Of a DNA stretch of 64,000 nt, positions 13,966 to 26,528 are shown one piece after another; the stretch's first letter is position 1; every line of letters begins with the position of its first letter. The notes under the pieces were generated by a model. That model did not search any database. It had not been told where the DNA came from and saw only the letters and a list, made by a program, of their open reading frames with translations. The stretch comes from Mobula hypostoma (Eukaryota): positions 67,582,001 through 67,646,000 of the forward strand of contig NC_086108.1 in NCBI RefSeq assembly GCF_963921235.1. Direction: 5' to 3'. The translations under genes and the position numbers were made by a program.

Positions 13966-14524
13966 CACTCAGTGGCCACTTTATTAGGTACACCTTTTCA
14001 TTAACTGCTTATCAACGTAAATATCGAATCAGCCAGCATTGAGACAACTCAATGCATAAAAAGCAGGCAGACACGGTCAAGAGGTTCAGTTGTTGTTCAG
14101 ACCAAACATCAGAGTGGGGAAGAAATGTGATCTGAGTGACTTTGACAATGGAATGATTGTTGGTGCCAGATAGGGTGCTTTGAGTATCTCAGAAACTGCT
14201 GATCTCCTGGGATTTTTGTGCACAACTGTTTTCAGAGTTTACAGAGAATGGTGCAAAGCACACAAAAAAATCCAGTGACGGGCAGTTCTGTGGGCAAAAA
14301 CACTTTGTTAATGAGAGAGATCAGAGGAGAATTGCCAGCCTGGTTCAAGCTGACAGAAAGGCAGCAGTAACTCAAATAACCATACATTACAACATTGGTG
14401 TGCAGAAGAGCATCTCTGAACCCACCACAAATTGAACCTTGAAGTGGATGGGCCACAGCAGCAGAAGACCATGAACATATATACAGTGGTCATGGGAGGT
14501 ACCAAGTAAAGTGGCTATTGTGTG
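13966..14524 (+). mobile_element. Internally deleted Tc1-like DNA transposon
   Basis: TA|CACTCAGTGGCCACTTTATTAGGTAC at the left end and a degenerate inverted copy GTACCAAGTAAAGTGGCTATTGTGTG at the right. Transposase N-terminal remnant GKKCDLSDFDNGMIVGAR. Confidence 0.8.
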
Positions 14525-15544
14525 TTTATTACCTACGTAATTTTTGCTCTATTGTTGCCCTTTCTCCACGTTTCCTTCCTGAGGCAGCATTTACATTTGT
14601 AGTCAGTGGTTCAGTTATATCAGATCCCAATTAACTATAACAAAAACAATAAGCCAAGAAGGGGTAGGAGGTGGATCAATGAATAAAAGTATCAAATATA
14701 AATAAAGAACGGAAGTCGTCGTAGCATATTGAAGACTGCAATAGAAATTACATAATCACAGATTGTCCTGCAAAATATTGTACTGTTTCATAGTTACAGT
14801 GCAATGTTGTAAGAGCATGGCAAAGCAATGTGTTTCTTGGGATCTCAGTCAATAGTAGGACAGATAGTCTGATCTCTTATCTAATGATTTTGTGGATGCA
14901 GAGGGACAGGGATTTTGAAGAAGCAGAATGAAATAGAGGAAATGAATTAAACTTCTGAACTCTGGTTTGGTAAGAGATAATCATATAGATAAGAGGAAAC
15001 AATTCAAGGTCATTCTGAAAGTTTCTATGAAAAAGAGTAACATGGGAATCCTTGGCCCATAACTTCTTACAGTGAGGGAGAAGCATGTGGAAGCCCATCA
15101 TAAAAAGTGGATGGACTGCACTGTCTTACAGTCCACCCATCAGGTCATGATATCAAGCTCCTCCCAGAGTCTATGGTCCCACATTGGCTTTATCGGTCAT
15201 TCCAGAACCCACTGAACTGGAGTGCAGCAAGTCATTAAACCTATTGGACTGTTTTAGAAGAGAGAGAGAGGTTTAAAATGAAGGACCAGATACTGATCCA
15301 GTGGGCTGTCTTGTCTCGAGTAGTGTTGAATTCCTTCAGTTGATAGAAACGCACTCATCTAGGTAAGTAGGAAGAATTCCATCACTTCTTTATAAACCTG
15401 GTTGATGATGGAACAGTTCTGGGACCCAGACTCTGCACTGATAATGTAGTTTCTGCTCAGTGGTGCACTCTCTCACAGTGTGCAGTTTTGGTTACCCTAC
15501 TGCCATTAAGCTGTAAAGAGAGCAGATGAGGTTTACTCCTCCTC

Positions 15545-16672
15545 ATCCCCACTCTCTGGCCTTCTCCATGTAACCTTTGATGCCATGGCCAATCAAGAAC
15601 CTATCAATCTTTGCCTTAAAAAGACACAACAGCCTGGCCTCCACAACTGTGTGTGGTAACGTTCCACAAATTCGTCACCCTCTGGCAAAAGAAATTTCTC
15701 CGCATCTCCATTTAAAATGGATGCACCTCTATCCTGAGGCTGTGCCCTCTTGTCCTAGACTCCCCCACCATGAGAAACAACCTTTCCACATCTACTCTGT
15801 CCAGGCCTTTCAACATTTGAAAGATTTCAATGAGATTCCACCCCCCCCCCGCAACTCATCCTTCTAAATTCCAGTGAGTACAGGCCCAGAGCCATCAGAC
15901 GTTCCTCATATTATAACCCTTTCATTCTTGGAATTATCCTCGTGAACCTCCGCTGAACCTTCGCCAAAGCCAGTACATCTTTCCTTAGATAACGGGCCCA
16001 AAACTGTTCACAATGCTCAAGGTAAGGCACCACCAGTGCCTTAAAAACCCTCAGCATCACATCCCTGTTCTTATGCTCTAGACCTCTTGAAATGAATGCT
16101 AACATTGCATTTGCCTTCCTCACCAGTGACTCAACCTGCAAATTAATATTTAGACTCCCAAGTCCCTTTGCCTCTTAGATTTTTGTATTTTCTCCGTTTA
16201 GAAAATAGTCTGCACATTTATTTTCTCAACTAAGTGCATGACCAAAATTCATTTGCCACTTTCTTACCCATTCTCCTAATCTGTCCAAGTCCTTCTGCAG
16301 TCTACCTGTTTCCCCAACACTACCTGCCCCTCCACCATTCTTTGTAACATCTGCAAACCTGGCAACAAAGCCATCTATTCCACCAACTAAATTATTGATA
16401 TACAGCATGAAAAGAAGTGGTCCCAACACCGACACCTGCAGAACACCACTAGTCACTGGCAGTCAATCAGAAAGGGATCCTTTTATTCCTACTCGCTGCC
16501 TCCTACCAATCAGCCAATGCTCTAACCATGCTAGTGACTTTCCTGTAATACATGGGCTCTTAACTTCGTGCCTCATGTGTGGCACCTTGTCAAAAGCCTT
16601 CTGAAAATCCAAATGTACAACATCCATTGCATCCCCTTTATCTATCCTACTTGTAATCTCAACAAATTCCAG
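15545..16672 (-). mobile_element. CR1 LINE fragment (RT to 3' UTR)
   Basis: LDFQKAFDKVPH, SGVLQVSVLGPLLF and FADVTK motifs on -. Confidence 0.9.
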
Positions 16673-16682
16673 AAAGAATTCC

Positions 16683-16925
16683 ATGAGGAGGAATTTCTTT
16701 TGCCAGAGAGAGGTGAATCTGTGGAATTCTTTGCCATGGGAAGCTGTAGATCCCAAGTCTTTATGCATGTTTAAGGCAGAGGTTGATTGATTCTTGATTA
16801 GTGAGGGCATGAAGGGATATGGGGAGAAATCAGGAGATTGGTGCCAAGAGGAAAATTGGATCAGCCGTGATAAAATGATGGAACAGACTCAATGGGCCAC
16901 AGGGCCTAATTCTGCTCCTATATCA
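16683..16925 (+). mobile_element. CR1 3' end fragment, head-to-head with the preceding copy
   Basis: Encodes RRNFFCQREVNLWNSLP, followed by the CR1 3' UTR (ggcctaattctgctcctat). Confidence 0.8.
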
Positions 16926-17048
16926 GGTACAAAGGAAAGACGGGCTTTAGGAGAAATTCCATGCTCCCACCCCTTAATGAGAATGAGTGCATTACATTTG
17001 ATGCTGTTACTCCACTTGATTTTGGTGTACCTCTTTATTTTCAAACAG

Positions 17049-17254
17049 TTGCACTTTCTTGGTGGAAGAAAACGTGTTTTTGCCTCTGTGGCCTGTCAGT
17101 ACAGAAGGAGCCTGAACTCACAGAAGAAGAAAATGATGCCATACGGGAACGCTTAACAAGCATTGAAGAAGAACCCTTTTGGAAAAATGTGTGTGATGTA
17201 AATGTTTTAATCCTACTGGCAGTTAATGTCTTCTGCTGGGGATACTTTGGTTAA
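17049..17254 (+). CDS. SLC5A9: SLC5A9 terminal coding exon with stop
   Basis: tcaaacag|TT. Encodes VALSWWKKTCFCLCGLS...LTSIEEEPFWKNVCDVNVLILLAVNVFCWGYFG*. Compare SLC5A9 LTSIEEEPLWRHVC..WGYFA. Confidence 0.95.
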
Positions 17255-19282
17255 TTTTTGTCATGTTCATTACTTATGGACTGGTTTTGTACCTCTTCAG
17301 TGAATACTTGTTTGTAACAGTAGGTTAATGGCAACAACTCCATAAGAATTAACTTTTCTAATACTGACAGGTTCAAACATTTAAGATTACACGTAACACT
17401 TCAACTAAATAGACACCAGCTTTCCAAGAACAAAGATAATTAATTCCAGGAGTAACTCAAATATACTTTAAAATATTGTAGACAGAGCAAAAAAAAAACA
17501 ATTATACTCAGTTCCTTTATATTCTTCCAGTTTAATGTTCCAAGTTTCTTTTTTTTTACATTTCTTGTCCTGTCTGATCTGTTATTTTTCTGAACACCCA
17601 CTTCTTCCCAACAAAATGCTTTAAATATATTCACCACACTTTTAAAATTATAATCTTATTTGCATGAATGTAGCAACAGAGGAGAGTGAAGAGGACCACC
17701 TAACTGCTTTGGGGCTTACGACTTTTAAGGCTCTTCCTGAGATGTCCCTTGATCAAGAAATCCCATGTGTCCTTCTATATGATGCTTGGCTCCTCTGTTC
17801 GGTGGGGGTAACTGTGGATGTCAAACAGCTTTCTTCCGTGCTGTAATCAGCCCACGATCCTGTGGTGGGGTGTGAATTTGTGTGAGGAGCCAGGGAAGTA
17901 GCCCTCGTTCTCTAGGATCTTTCCCTCCAAGTTGTGCTGGTTATTGAAAATGATTGGCAAAGGCGTCATATGTTCCCCCGGAAACATATTATTGACCATG
18001 AGGAGAACTTTCTTGTATCCACAGCTAAATGCACATTAAGGAAATGAGAGCCTTTCCTGCCGTTCTACTAAGTATTAAGGGTCTCTGTGGCATGAGAGCT
18101 GCCCTAAATTTGGAAAGCCCGCAATCTGAGCCTGAGCAAATCCCAGTGCCTGGGTCCTAATATTTCCCGACTGAAAACTAGTTAGAGATAGTCGTTTCAC
18201 AAAAATTACAGCCTTTAAGTGATAAGCATCACAGCTGCAACTGTTTGAGAAGATCCAGTGTCGAGGAAGTTCAAGGTCTACATGACCATGAAATTATGAC
18301 ATTTCCAGCAAGTGCATCCATGGCATGAGTATAGAATATGGCTACTTTCATGAATTCTTTTTGAGAAGAACTTAAGTAGTTCAAAATTGTAGGTCTTATT
18401 TCGGACACCAAAAACTGTCGTTTCAGAGTTTGAGATTAAATGAAAACTACCAGCCACTGTCCGTTGTGTCTTTGGCATTCATGAAGAAACATAGCAGTGA
18501 TTGTCAGCGTAGTAGTAAAAAAGAGGTGTATATACCATATGAAAATTATATAAGTAATCTATTGAACTAAAATCTGCAGATTCCAAAAACCAAAAATAAA
18601 AACAGAAACATGGGAGACTCTCAGCAAATTAATGAAGGGCTTTTGACATGTATTGTTAACAGCAGTTTGTTTTTGTATCCTATTAAGATGGTCAAATGTT
18701 TTTGTGACAGCCAATCCAGGCATAAAATAATCCCATTGAAGGAAGATACTGTAAAATGGACTGAGATTTTGGTTTGATTAAAATAACAAGTTAATTTGAG
18801 ATGAATTTCAAAGCAATTCTTCCTACATCATTTCTACATAATCTTAATGCTTCCCTACTTCCTTTTTGAAATGTTAAATCATTAAAGGGTTTTGTAAGTA
18901 GTACATTTTATTCGTACTTCCTCTCATTTTAAATAACTTTTACTTTCATACACACAATTCTTACAAGTACTTATCATAACCCCATATTTATTTTAGTTGG
19001 TTACACCAGTAATTAAAATATTTACCAGGTTTTCCTTTACTAATTTGGTCATTTTCAAAGAAATTGTCTAGCAATAATTTTATTTACTTATTATTTTCAT
19101 GTGTCAGGTTGTAGCTAATAAAGTATACTCTATTGCATTGTAACCAAAACGTAATGGAATCTGGATAACAATTAGTTTGTTAATCTCTATTATATGATTG
19201 ACAATATAAACTTACTATCTCCAGAAAGACCAAGGAAGCTAAATTGCTGAATAGCTTTACTATGTCATTTAAGTCTGTTATA

Positions 19283-19434
19283 CAGTCAACCTATACTAAT
19301 CCGACTACCTGTAATCTGGTTCCTTCGATAATCGGCACTGATTATGCTTAATATGATCCTTCTGTAATTCAGCATTTTCACTAATCTGGCACTCCTTAGG
19401 TCTCAGTGGTGCCGGATTGGTGAAGGTGGACCTG
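19283..19434. mobile_element. Pogo/Tigger-like MITE
   Basis: TA|CAGTCAACCTATACTAATCCG ... CCGGATTGGTGAAGGTGGACCTG|TA. Imperfect terminal inverted repeats (TIRs) with TA flanks. Confidence 0.6.
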
Positions 19435-19799
19435 TATTTATATTAACATTCTCTTCATCAGCACAAGCTCTTTGGATGTCAGGAAGCAAGTCACTCAACC
19501 TGGAACATCCTGTGTCTAATCTGCTCTTGTAGCCATAGTATTTATAGGGCTGGTCCAGTTGAGTATTTGGTCAACAGCGATCCACAAGAGACTTATCAAA
19601 AGTAATGTTACTGTATATCTATGACAAGTGGATAGACTCTCTTATATGCACACATATTAAAAAGTGGATAACTGATCAAAATATCTGTAATGTTTTGTGT
19701 CTTTGCACTGTTTTGTTTTCTTCTCTCCTTATTCCATTTTATATCAGAAAACAAGTTAGAACGTACCAAAGATTTTGTACATATCTTCTCCTTAACCTT

Positions 19800-20160
19800 A
19801 TTGTAAGAGGTGATCTAATAATGAGCAGCATAAGTAGGGTGAATACATTCAATCATTTTCCCAGAGTTGGGGAGACAAGAACTAGAGTGCATAGGTTGAA
19901 GGTGATATGGAAAAGATTTAATTGGAACTTGAGGAACAGCCTTTTTTAAGCATTAACTAAGCTGCCAGAGGAAATGGTTGAGGGTGGTACAATACAACTT
20001 TTAAAAAACTGTTGTACAGGTATATGGAATGAAAAAGTTTAGAGGATTATGAGCCAAAGCACTGGTAAATGGAACTATCTTGGATGTAGCATATTGATTA
20101 GCATAGACTAGTTGGGTGGAACAGCCTTTTCCTGTGCTGTATAACTCTATGATTCTAAGA
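19800..20160 (+). mobile_element. Old CR1 3' fragment
   Basis: RGDLI..FPRVGETRTRVHRLKV and a CR1 3' UTR remnant. Confidence 0.7.
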
Positions 20161-20685
20161 ACTTTATTATTTGAGTTACAATTAATGAATGTACTTGATT
20201 TTACAAAAGATTACAATAGAATTTATTCCAGAGGCAATAAAAAGGCAATACTTTCATCAGCCATATTTGAAGTATTTTGAATTCATAAAACTTTCCTTGA
20301 CTAACTCTGAGCTTAACTACTTCAGCAGTAAAGCTTATATCCAAGGACTTAAAAACTCTATAGACAATATTAAAGCACTAAATTTTAGTTACCAAAAATA
20401 ACATCTATTTGGATGAAAAATGGTAAACTTACAGATCATATTGAATCATCTGTAAAGACAAGTGGTCACATAACGTTACAAACATTTATCTTTTGATACT
20501 TTTTCAAAAAATACTTTTTCTGTGATGCATCTTCCTCAGTGAAAGATTACCTATCTGTTATCTTCATTTAAAAAAAAAATGCCTTCACTGAGCAGCATTG
20601 AACACCAGCCAATAGATCAATTGATGCAGGGAACCAAGGCTAATAATGCTTCTCAGCAAAAGTGCTGATACACTGACAAAGTCTC

Positions 20686-23211
20686 CTGCGTAACACTAAG
20701 GGGCAGAAGACGCTGGTGGGAGTTGTGTACAGGCCACCTAATAGTAGTAGTGAGGTCGGAGATGGTATTAAACAGGAAATTAGAAATGTGTGCAATAAAG
20801 GAACAGCAGTTATAATGGGTGACTTCAATCTACATGTAGACTGGGTGAACCAAATTGGTAAAGGTGCTGAGGAAGAGGATTTCTTGGAATGTATGCGGGA
20901 TGGTTTTTTGAACCAACATGTCGAGGAACCGACTAGAGAGCAGGCTATTCTGGACTGGGTTTTGAGCAATGAGGAAGGGTTAATTAGCGATCTTGTCGTG
21001 AGAGGCCCCTTGGGTAAGAGTGACCATAATATGGTGGAATTCTTCATTAACATGGAGAGTGACGTAGTTAATTCAGAAACAAAGGTTCTGAACTTAAAGA
21101 GGGGTAACTTTGAAGGTATGAGACGTGAATTAGCTAAGATAGACTGGCAAATGACACTTCAAGGATTGACGGTGGATATGCAATGGCAGGCATTTAAAGG
21201 TTGCATGGATGAACTACAACAATTGTTCATCCCAGTTTGGCAAAAGAATAAATCAAGGAAGGTAGTGCACCCGTGGCTGACAAGAGAAATTAGGGATAGT
21301 ATCAATTCCAAAGAAGTAGCATACAAATTAGCCAGAGAAAGTGGCTCACCTGAGGACTGGGAGAAATTCAGAGTTCAGCAGAGGAGGACAAAGGGCTTAA
21401 TTAGGAAGGGGAAAAAAGATTATGAGAGAAAACTGGCAGAGAACATAAAAACGGACTGTAAAAGCTTTTATAGATATGTAAAAAGGAAAAGACTGATAAA
21501 GACAAATGTAGGTCCCCTGCAAACAGAAACAGGTGAATTGATTATGGGGAGCAAAGACATAGCAGACCAATTGAATAATTACTTTGGTTCTGTCTTCACT
21601 AAGGAGGACATAAATAATCTTCCAGAAATAGTAAGGGACAGAGGGTCCAGTGAGATGGAGGAACTGAGCGAAATACATGTTAGTAGGGAAGTGGTGTTAG
21701 GTAAATTGAAGGGATTGAAGGCAGATAAATCCCCAGGGCCAGATGGTCTGCATCCCAGAGTGCTTAAGGAAGTGGCCCAAGAAATAGTGGATGCATTAGT
21801 GATAATTTTTCAAAACTCGTTAGATTCTGGACTAGTTCCTGAGGATTGGAGGGTGGCTAATGTAACCCCACTTTTTAAAAAAGGAGGGAGAGAGAAACCG
21901 GGGAATTATAGGCCGGTTAGCCTAACGTCAGTGGTGGGGAAACTGCTGGAGTCAGTTATCAAGGATGTGATAACAGCACATTTGGAAAGCGGTGAAATGA
22001 TCGGACAAAGTCAGCATGGATTTGTGAAAGGAAAATCATGTCTGACGAATCTCATAGAATTTTTTGAGGATGTAACTAGTAGAGTGGATAGGGGAGAACC
22101 AGTGGATGTGGTATATTTGGATTTTCAAAAGGCTTTTGACAAGGTCCCACACAGGAGATTAGTGTGCAAACTTAAAGCACACGGTATTGGGGGTAAGGTA
22201 TTGGTGTGGGTGGAGAATTGGTTAGCAGACAGGAAGCAAAGAGTGGGAATAAACGGGACCTTTTCAGAATGGCAGGCGGTGACTAGTGGGGTACCGCAAG
22301 GCTCAGTGCTGGGACCCCAGTTGTTTACAATATATATTAATGACTTGGATGAGGGAATTAAATGCAGCATCTCCAAGTTTGCGGATGACACGAAGCTGGG
22401 TGGCAGTGTTAGCAGTGAGGAGGATGCTAAGAGGATGCAGGGTGACTTGGATAGGTTGGGTGAGTGGGCAAACTCATGGCAGATGCAATTTAATGTGGAT
22501 AAATGTGAAGTTATCCACTTTGGTGGCAAAAATAGGAAAACAGATTATTATCTGAATGGTGGCCGATTAGGAAAAGGGGAGGTGCAACGAGACCTGTGTG
22601 TCATTATACACCAGTCATTGAAAGTGGGCATGCAGGTACAGCAGGCGGTGAAAAAGGCGAACGGTATGCTGGCATTTATAGCGAGAGGATTCGAGTACAG
22701 GAGCAGGGAGGTACTACTGCAGTTGTACAAGGCCTTGGTGAGACCACACCTGGAGTATTGTGTGCAGTTTTGGTCCCCTAATCTGAGGAAAGACATCTTT
22801 GCCATAGAGGGAGTACAAAGAAGGTTCACCAGATTGATTCCTGGGATGGCAGGTCTTTCATATGAAGAAAGACTGGATGAACTGGGCTTGTACTCGTTGG
22901 AATTTAGAAGATTGAGGGGGGATCTGATTGAAACGTATAAGATCCTAAAGGGATTGGACAGGCTAGATGCGGGAAGATTGTTCCCAATGTTGGGGAGGTC
23001 TAGAACGAGGGGTCACAGTTTGAGTATAGAGGGGAAGCCTTTTAGGACCGAGGTTAGGAAAAACTTCTTCACACAGAGAGTGGTGAATCTGTGGAATTCT
23101 CTGCCACAGCAAACTGTTGAGGCCAGTTCATTAGCTATGTTTAAAAGGAAGTTAGATATGGCCCTTGTGGCTACAGGGGTCAGGGGGTATGGAGGGAAGG
23201 CTGGGTTCTGA
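20686..23211 (+). CDS. CR1 ORF2 (partial APE endonuclease plus reverse transcriptase), N-terminally truncated
   Basis: VYRPP, GDFN and SDH endonuclease motifs. NYRPVSLTS, DFQKAFD, GVPQGSVLGP and FADD RT motifs. The frame is open from 20686 (LRNTKGQK) to the stop at 23211. Confidence 0.93.
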   Translation: MRNTKGQKTLVGVVYRPPNSSSEVGDGIKQEIRNVCNKGTAVIMGDFNLHVDWVNQIGKGAEEEDFLECMRDGFLNQHVEEPTREQAILDWVLSNEEGLISDLVVRGPLGKSDHNMVEFFINMESDVVNSETKVLNLKRGNFEGMRRELAKIDWQMTLQGLTVDMQWQAFKGCMDELQQLFIPVWQKNKSRKVVHPWLTREIRDSINSKEVAYKLARESGSPEDWEKFRVQQRRTKGLIRKGKKDYERKLAENIKTDCKSFYRYVKRKRLIKTNVGPLQTETGELIMGSKDIADQLNNYFGSVFTKEDINNLPEIVRDRGSSEMEELSEIHVSREVVLGKLKGLKADKSPGPDGLHPRVLKEVAQEIVDALVIIFQNSLDSGLVPEDWRVANVTPLFKKGGREKPGNYRPVSLTSVVGKLLESVIKDVITAHLESGEMIGQSQHGFVKGKSCLTNLIEFFEDVTSRVDRGEPVDVVYLDFQKAFDKVPHRRLVCKLKAHGIGGKVLVWVENWLADRKQRVGINGTFSEWQAVTSGVPQGSVLGPQLFTIYINDLDEGIKCSISKFADDTKLGGSVSSEEDAKRMQGDLDRLGEWANSWQMQFNVDKCEVIHFGGKNRKTDYYLNGGRLGKGEVQRDLCVIIHQSLKVGMQVQQAVKKANGMLAFIARGFEYRSREVLLQLYKALVRPHLEYCVQFWSPNLRKDIFAIEGVQRRFTRLIPGMAGLSYEERLDELGLYSLEFRRLRGDLIETYKILKGLDRLDAGRLFPMLGRSRTRGHSLSIEGKPFRTEVRKNFFTQRVVNLWNSLPQQTVEASSLAMFKRKLDMALVATGVRGYGGKAGF

Positions 23212-23309
23212 GTTGGATGATCAGCCATGATCATAATAAATGGCGGTGCAGGCTCGAAGGGCCGAATGGCCTACTCCTGCACCTATTTTCTATGTTTCTA
23301 TGTTTCTAT
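20686..23309 (+). mobile_element. Young CR1 LINE, 5'-truncated within the endonuclease domain
   Basis: Uninterrupted ORF2, 3' UTR and (tatgtttc)n tail. Confidence 0.96.
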
Positions 23310-23382
23310 ATAAGATTTAACATCTGTGCTCTTTCTGACTTTTTTTCAAGTCATGGTATTGTATATGTACATTGATCCAAAG

Positions 23383-23927
23383 TGTAGTAGGGAATATAGA
23401 ATTCTTGGTTCTGTGGTTCAGTAATAGAGAACAGAGAATAGGGGATGACCATGGTGTAGAGATTTATAGGAGGACTCGACACAGTTGTACCATGGATAGA
23501 AAGAAAGAACAAGTTCAAACCGGCCCAAACCGCAACCTGCAGGCCAAACTGAACTATAGTAAACTCATGCCTGCTTGCTCACTTAACAACTTCATAAACT
23601 CCAGAATGGGAGCATGCCATTGTACATGCGAGGTAAAAGACAGAGCTCATGCAGCACACAAGGCATTGAAGCTTGAAGGCCCACATAGCACATAGATGTT
23701 GATATTTGACACAGCAAAATGCTCAGCTCTGTATACACAGTACATGTGGGGTAGAGATAGATTGGGGGGGCAAGGAGTAGACAAAATAGTTTAAGAATAA
23801 TGAAAATTTTGGAATGGGAGCATTTGTTCCAGGATGAGTGACTCCCCTGTTGATGTCAGACTGTAATAAAGAGAAAATCTGTTCTGAACGTAAACTGCAT
23901 GCTTGGTGTGATTTCTATCCATCTACA
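23383..23927 (+). mobile_element. Candidate solo LTR
   Basis: TGTAG...CTACA inverted termini, about 545 bp, AATAAA about 60 bp from the 3' end. No clear TSD. Confidence 0.3.
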
Positions 23928-25189
23928 CAGATAGTGTTAGGGTAAGAAATGACAATACAATAAGGCTGGTACTTTCTTGCCCACTTTGGGTTTCCCTTGA
24001 ACATGTATTGATGGTCTTTCTTGAATCACTTCAAGTTTTGTGGCAAAGATGGTTCCAAAATGGTTTTGGCTAAAGGGTTAAGAAATGGAGGTTATTGAGT
24101 ATGAAATTGGAATAGAAAAATAATGGTGGATTCATACTTTATAAAATGTCCCATTGTGATAAATACAGCCAAATAATAATTAACATCAGAGGAGGTTCAG
24201 AGTTAAAACTGATTTTAATAATAAATGCACACTTAAATTTATAATTAAGCTCTATTTTCTGAAAACATTATATTTTATTTAAAATGTTTAAAGTTGTCAT
24301 ATAAAAATTCAGTATGCAAATAACACAACAGCAAGTCTCTTTAATTTGATTAAATAACTCAGTTTGAAATTTCATAAAAAATGTACATAGAATTTATAAA
24401 TGCATTGCTAGTATCATGTTAATAAACTACAAGCTGCTGTATAGCAGCATATAATATATACTGTATAATAGTAGCCAATTGTTTGGCTATCACTAAAATA
24501 TCAACAATCAGACTACAGTTATGGTACTGATTTTAAAGCAATCGATCTTTCACAACAGTGCAGAAATTTTTAATGTTAACTGAGAACAAAGAAGACCATT
24601 CAGTATCGCAATATTAGGTCATTCCAAGGAAACAAAACGGTCTGTTTGAAGTGCAGTTTAACAACAAGCTGGAGCATATATGTGTCTACTGCCAGTAGGT
24701 TAAGAGTCTCACATTCATTGTCCAAAACAATCAATCAAGTATAAATCCTATCAAACATCAAATCTAATCAACCACCAAGTTACACTGTTAGTTGTATGTC
24801 TTTGTGCACTGAAGTGAGGCTGCATTTTAAGTAGGGCTTGATTTTTTAAATATATTTTAATTGGTGTAAACTAAAACAATTCCCAAACGCCAACATGGAT
24901 ATTTTTTCCCACTGAGAAAACTCCCATGCCAGCAATAAATAGCAATCATGCAGAACTTGCATTTCTCTTTTGGAATGCTGCACAAGGCTTTCATAATCAG
25001 CATTTAGACTATTTATCAATTGTGTTTGTCTCTGGAATTCTCAAGTGAGTGGCTTGACAATGGTAATAACATGGGTAGAAATGAAGCAACAAAAAGCAGA
25101 TATGCCGGTGAACTGTTTTGACAAAGAGCCATGGCTGCAGCAACACTTTACTGTTTTGCTAGTTTGACAGCAAACTGTTACACTGTGAT

Positions 25190-25445
25190 TAGGAATACCT
25201 ACCATTCCATCCCTAGACCGCATTTTGGGAAATCTGACCACCTGGCTGTCCTCTTTCTACCTGCATACAGGTCTAAATAGCAAGACTCCCAAGATAAGGA
25301 CAATAAAGAGGAGGTCGCAGGAGGCTGATAAATGGCTACAGGATTGCTTTGAGTGGGTGGATTGGACCGTGTTTAAGGACTCATCAGAGGAACTGAACGA
25401 AGATGCCACGGTTGTCACGGGCTTTATAAAATCAATCGTGTGCGA
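25190..25445 (+). mobile_element. Rex1/L2-type LINE internal fragment (end of endonuclease)
   Basis: PHFGKSDH and LQDCFEWVDWTVF motifs. Confidence 0.7.
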
Positions 25446-25451
25446 GTGATG

Positions 25452-25662
25452 AGTACTGCTGGTCACTCTGTCGGACGCACAGTGTTGCAAGCACACGTAC
25501 TGTGGTCTGCCAGTCAGGTAATCAAGAATCCATGACACCAGGGAAGCATCCACCTGCATCGCTGTCAGCTTCTCCCCCAGCACAGCAGGGCGGATGGTGT
25601 TGAACGCACTGGAGAAGTCAAAAAACATGACCCTCACAGTGCTCGCTGGCTTGTCCAGGTGG
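25452..25662 (-). mobile_element. Inverted Rex1-type RT segment
   Basis: VRVMFFDFSSAFNTIRP...WILDYLTGRPQYV...VTSST on -. Confidence 0.85.
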
Positions 25663-26528
25663 TACTAAGAATGTTTCTGAGTAATAAATTACTTCAGTAT
25701 GCATATATAATTAATTCAAGCTCTATGATTTACCACCAATTCTGTTTTCTTATGGGTAAGTAATATAATGGGCAAGGCTCACCTTGAAGACTGAACCGGA
25801 TAGCAATAAAAAAAAGAAATTCTGACACCAGCTCATCTCTATTTCCCTCATGGTGAGATTTACAAAAAGCCTTTCTAGCTCAAAACTTGGAAAGGGAATT
25901 GGAATTGAGACCTTGGGTACCTGGCAGATTTCCAGCCCTCAGGTCTGTGTGTTCACTCCTTCAGTGTGCCATGGTAAAAAGTGGTAGTACCCCTCAGAAC
26001 TCAGAAGACCGATAACAGCCAGAGTTGCTCCCATTAAAGAAGGAAATATTTGTTCCTGTCTCTTTTTCCACCTTTCTGGCCAGAACATTTAGCAGTTAAG
26101 GTCCTGTATATAAAGTATTCACTGGCACAGCTAATTTGATTTCTAAGACGCTCATGTCTACATGAGGCACTCCCAACTATTCCACTGCTGAAGTGCCAGA
26201 CAAGCTCCAGCACTGCAATAATGCTGTACCATTGTGGCAGTCGTGAGAATTCTTTCTCAAGAGTTTCATCAGATCCTTCATTGTCCCCAACCTAGAAAAG
26301 TGTTAATTTTTTTTGTTGAAATTCCTGGGCTGTTAGTTGAAAACGTTTGTCATTTAAAATGGAGAGCATTCAGAAAATATATTGTTTAATGAACATCATC
26401 TAAGCATTCAAATTTTGGTTCCTACTTTTTGCTCGTGTTCAGGATACTTTTTTCAGTAATGTGCTCAGCAAAACAGGCAAATTTAAAAAAAACCCTTTTA
26501 GTGATGCGCATTAGTTTTCAGTTTTTGT

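Noticed and set aside
16463..16810. 115-aa ORF with an RT motif
   Set aside because: Chance read-through across the junction of two opposed CR1 fragments.
1195..17254. Assignment to SLC5A1 or SLC5A2 instead of SLC5A9
   Set aside because: The residues [31 protein letters not shown] and LTSIEEEP, together with adjacency to SPATA6, favour SLC5A9.
17700..18210. Possible old LINE 5' fragment in the SLC5A9 3' region
   Set aside because: Only a vague resemblance, with no diagnostic motif.
20640..23234. Several 60-137 aa ORFs antisense or out of frame to CR1 ORF2
   Set aside because: Shadow ORFs of the retrotransposon with no independent evidence.
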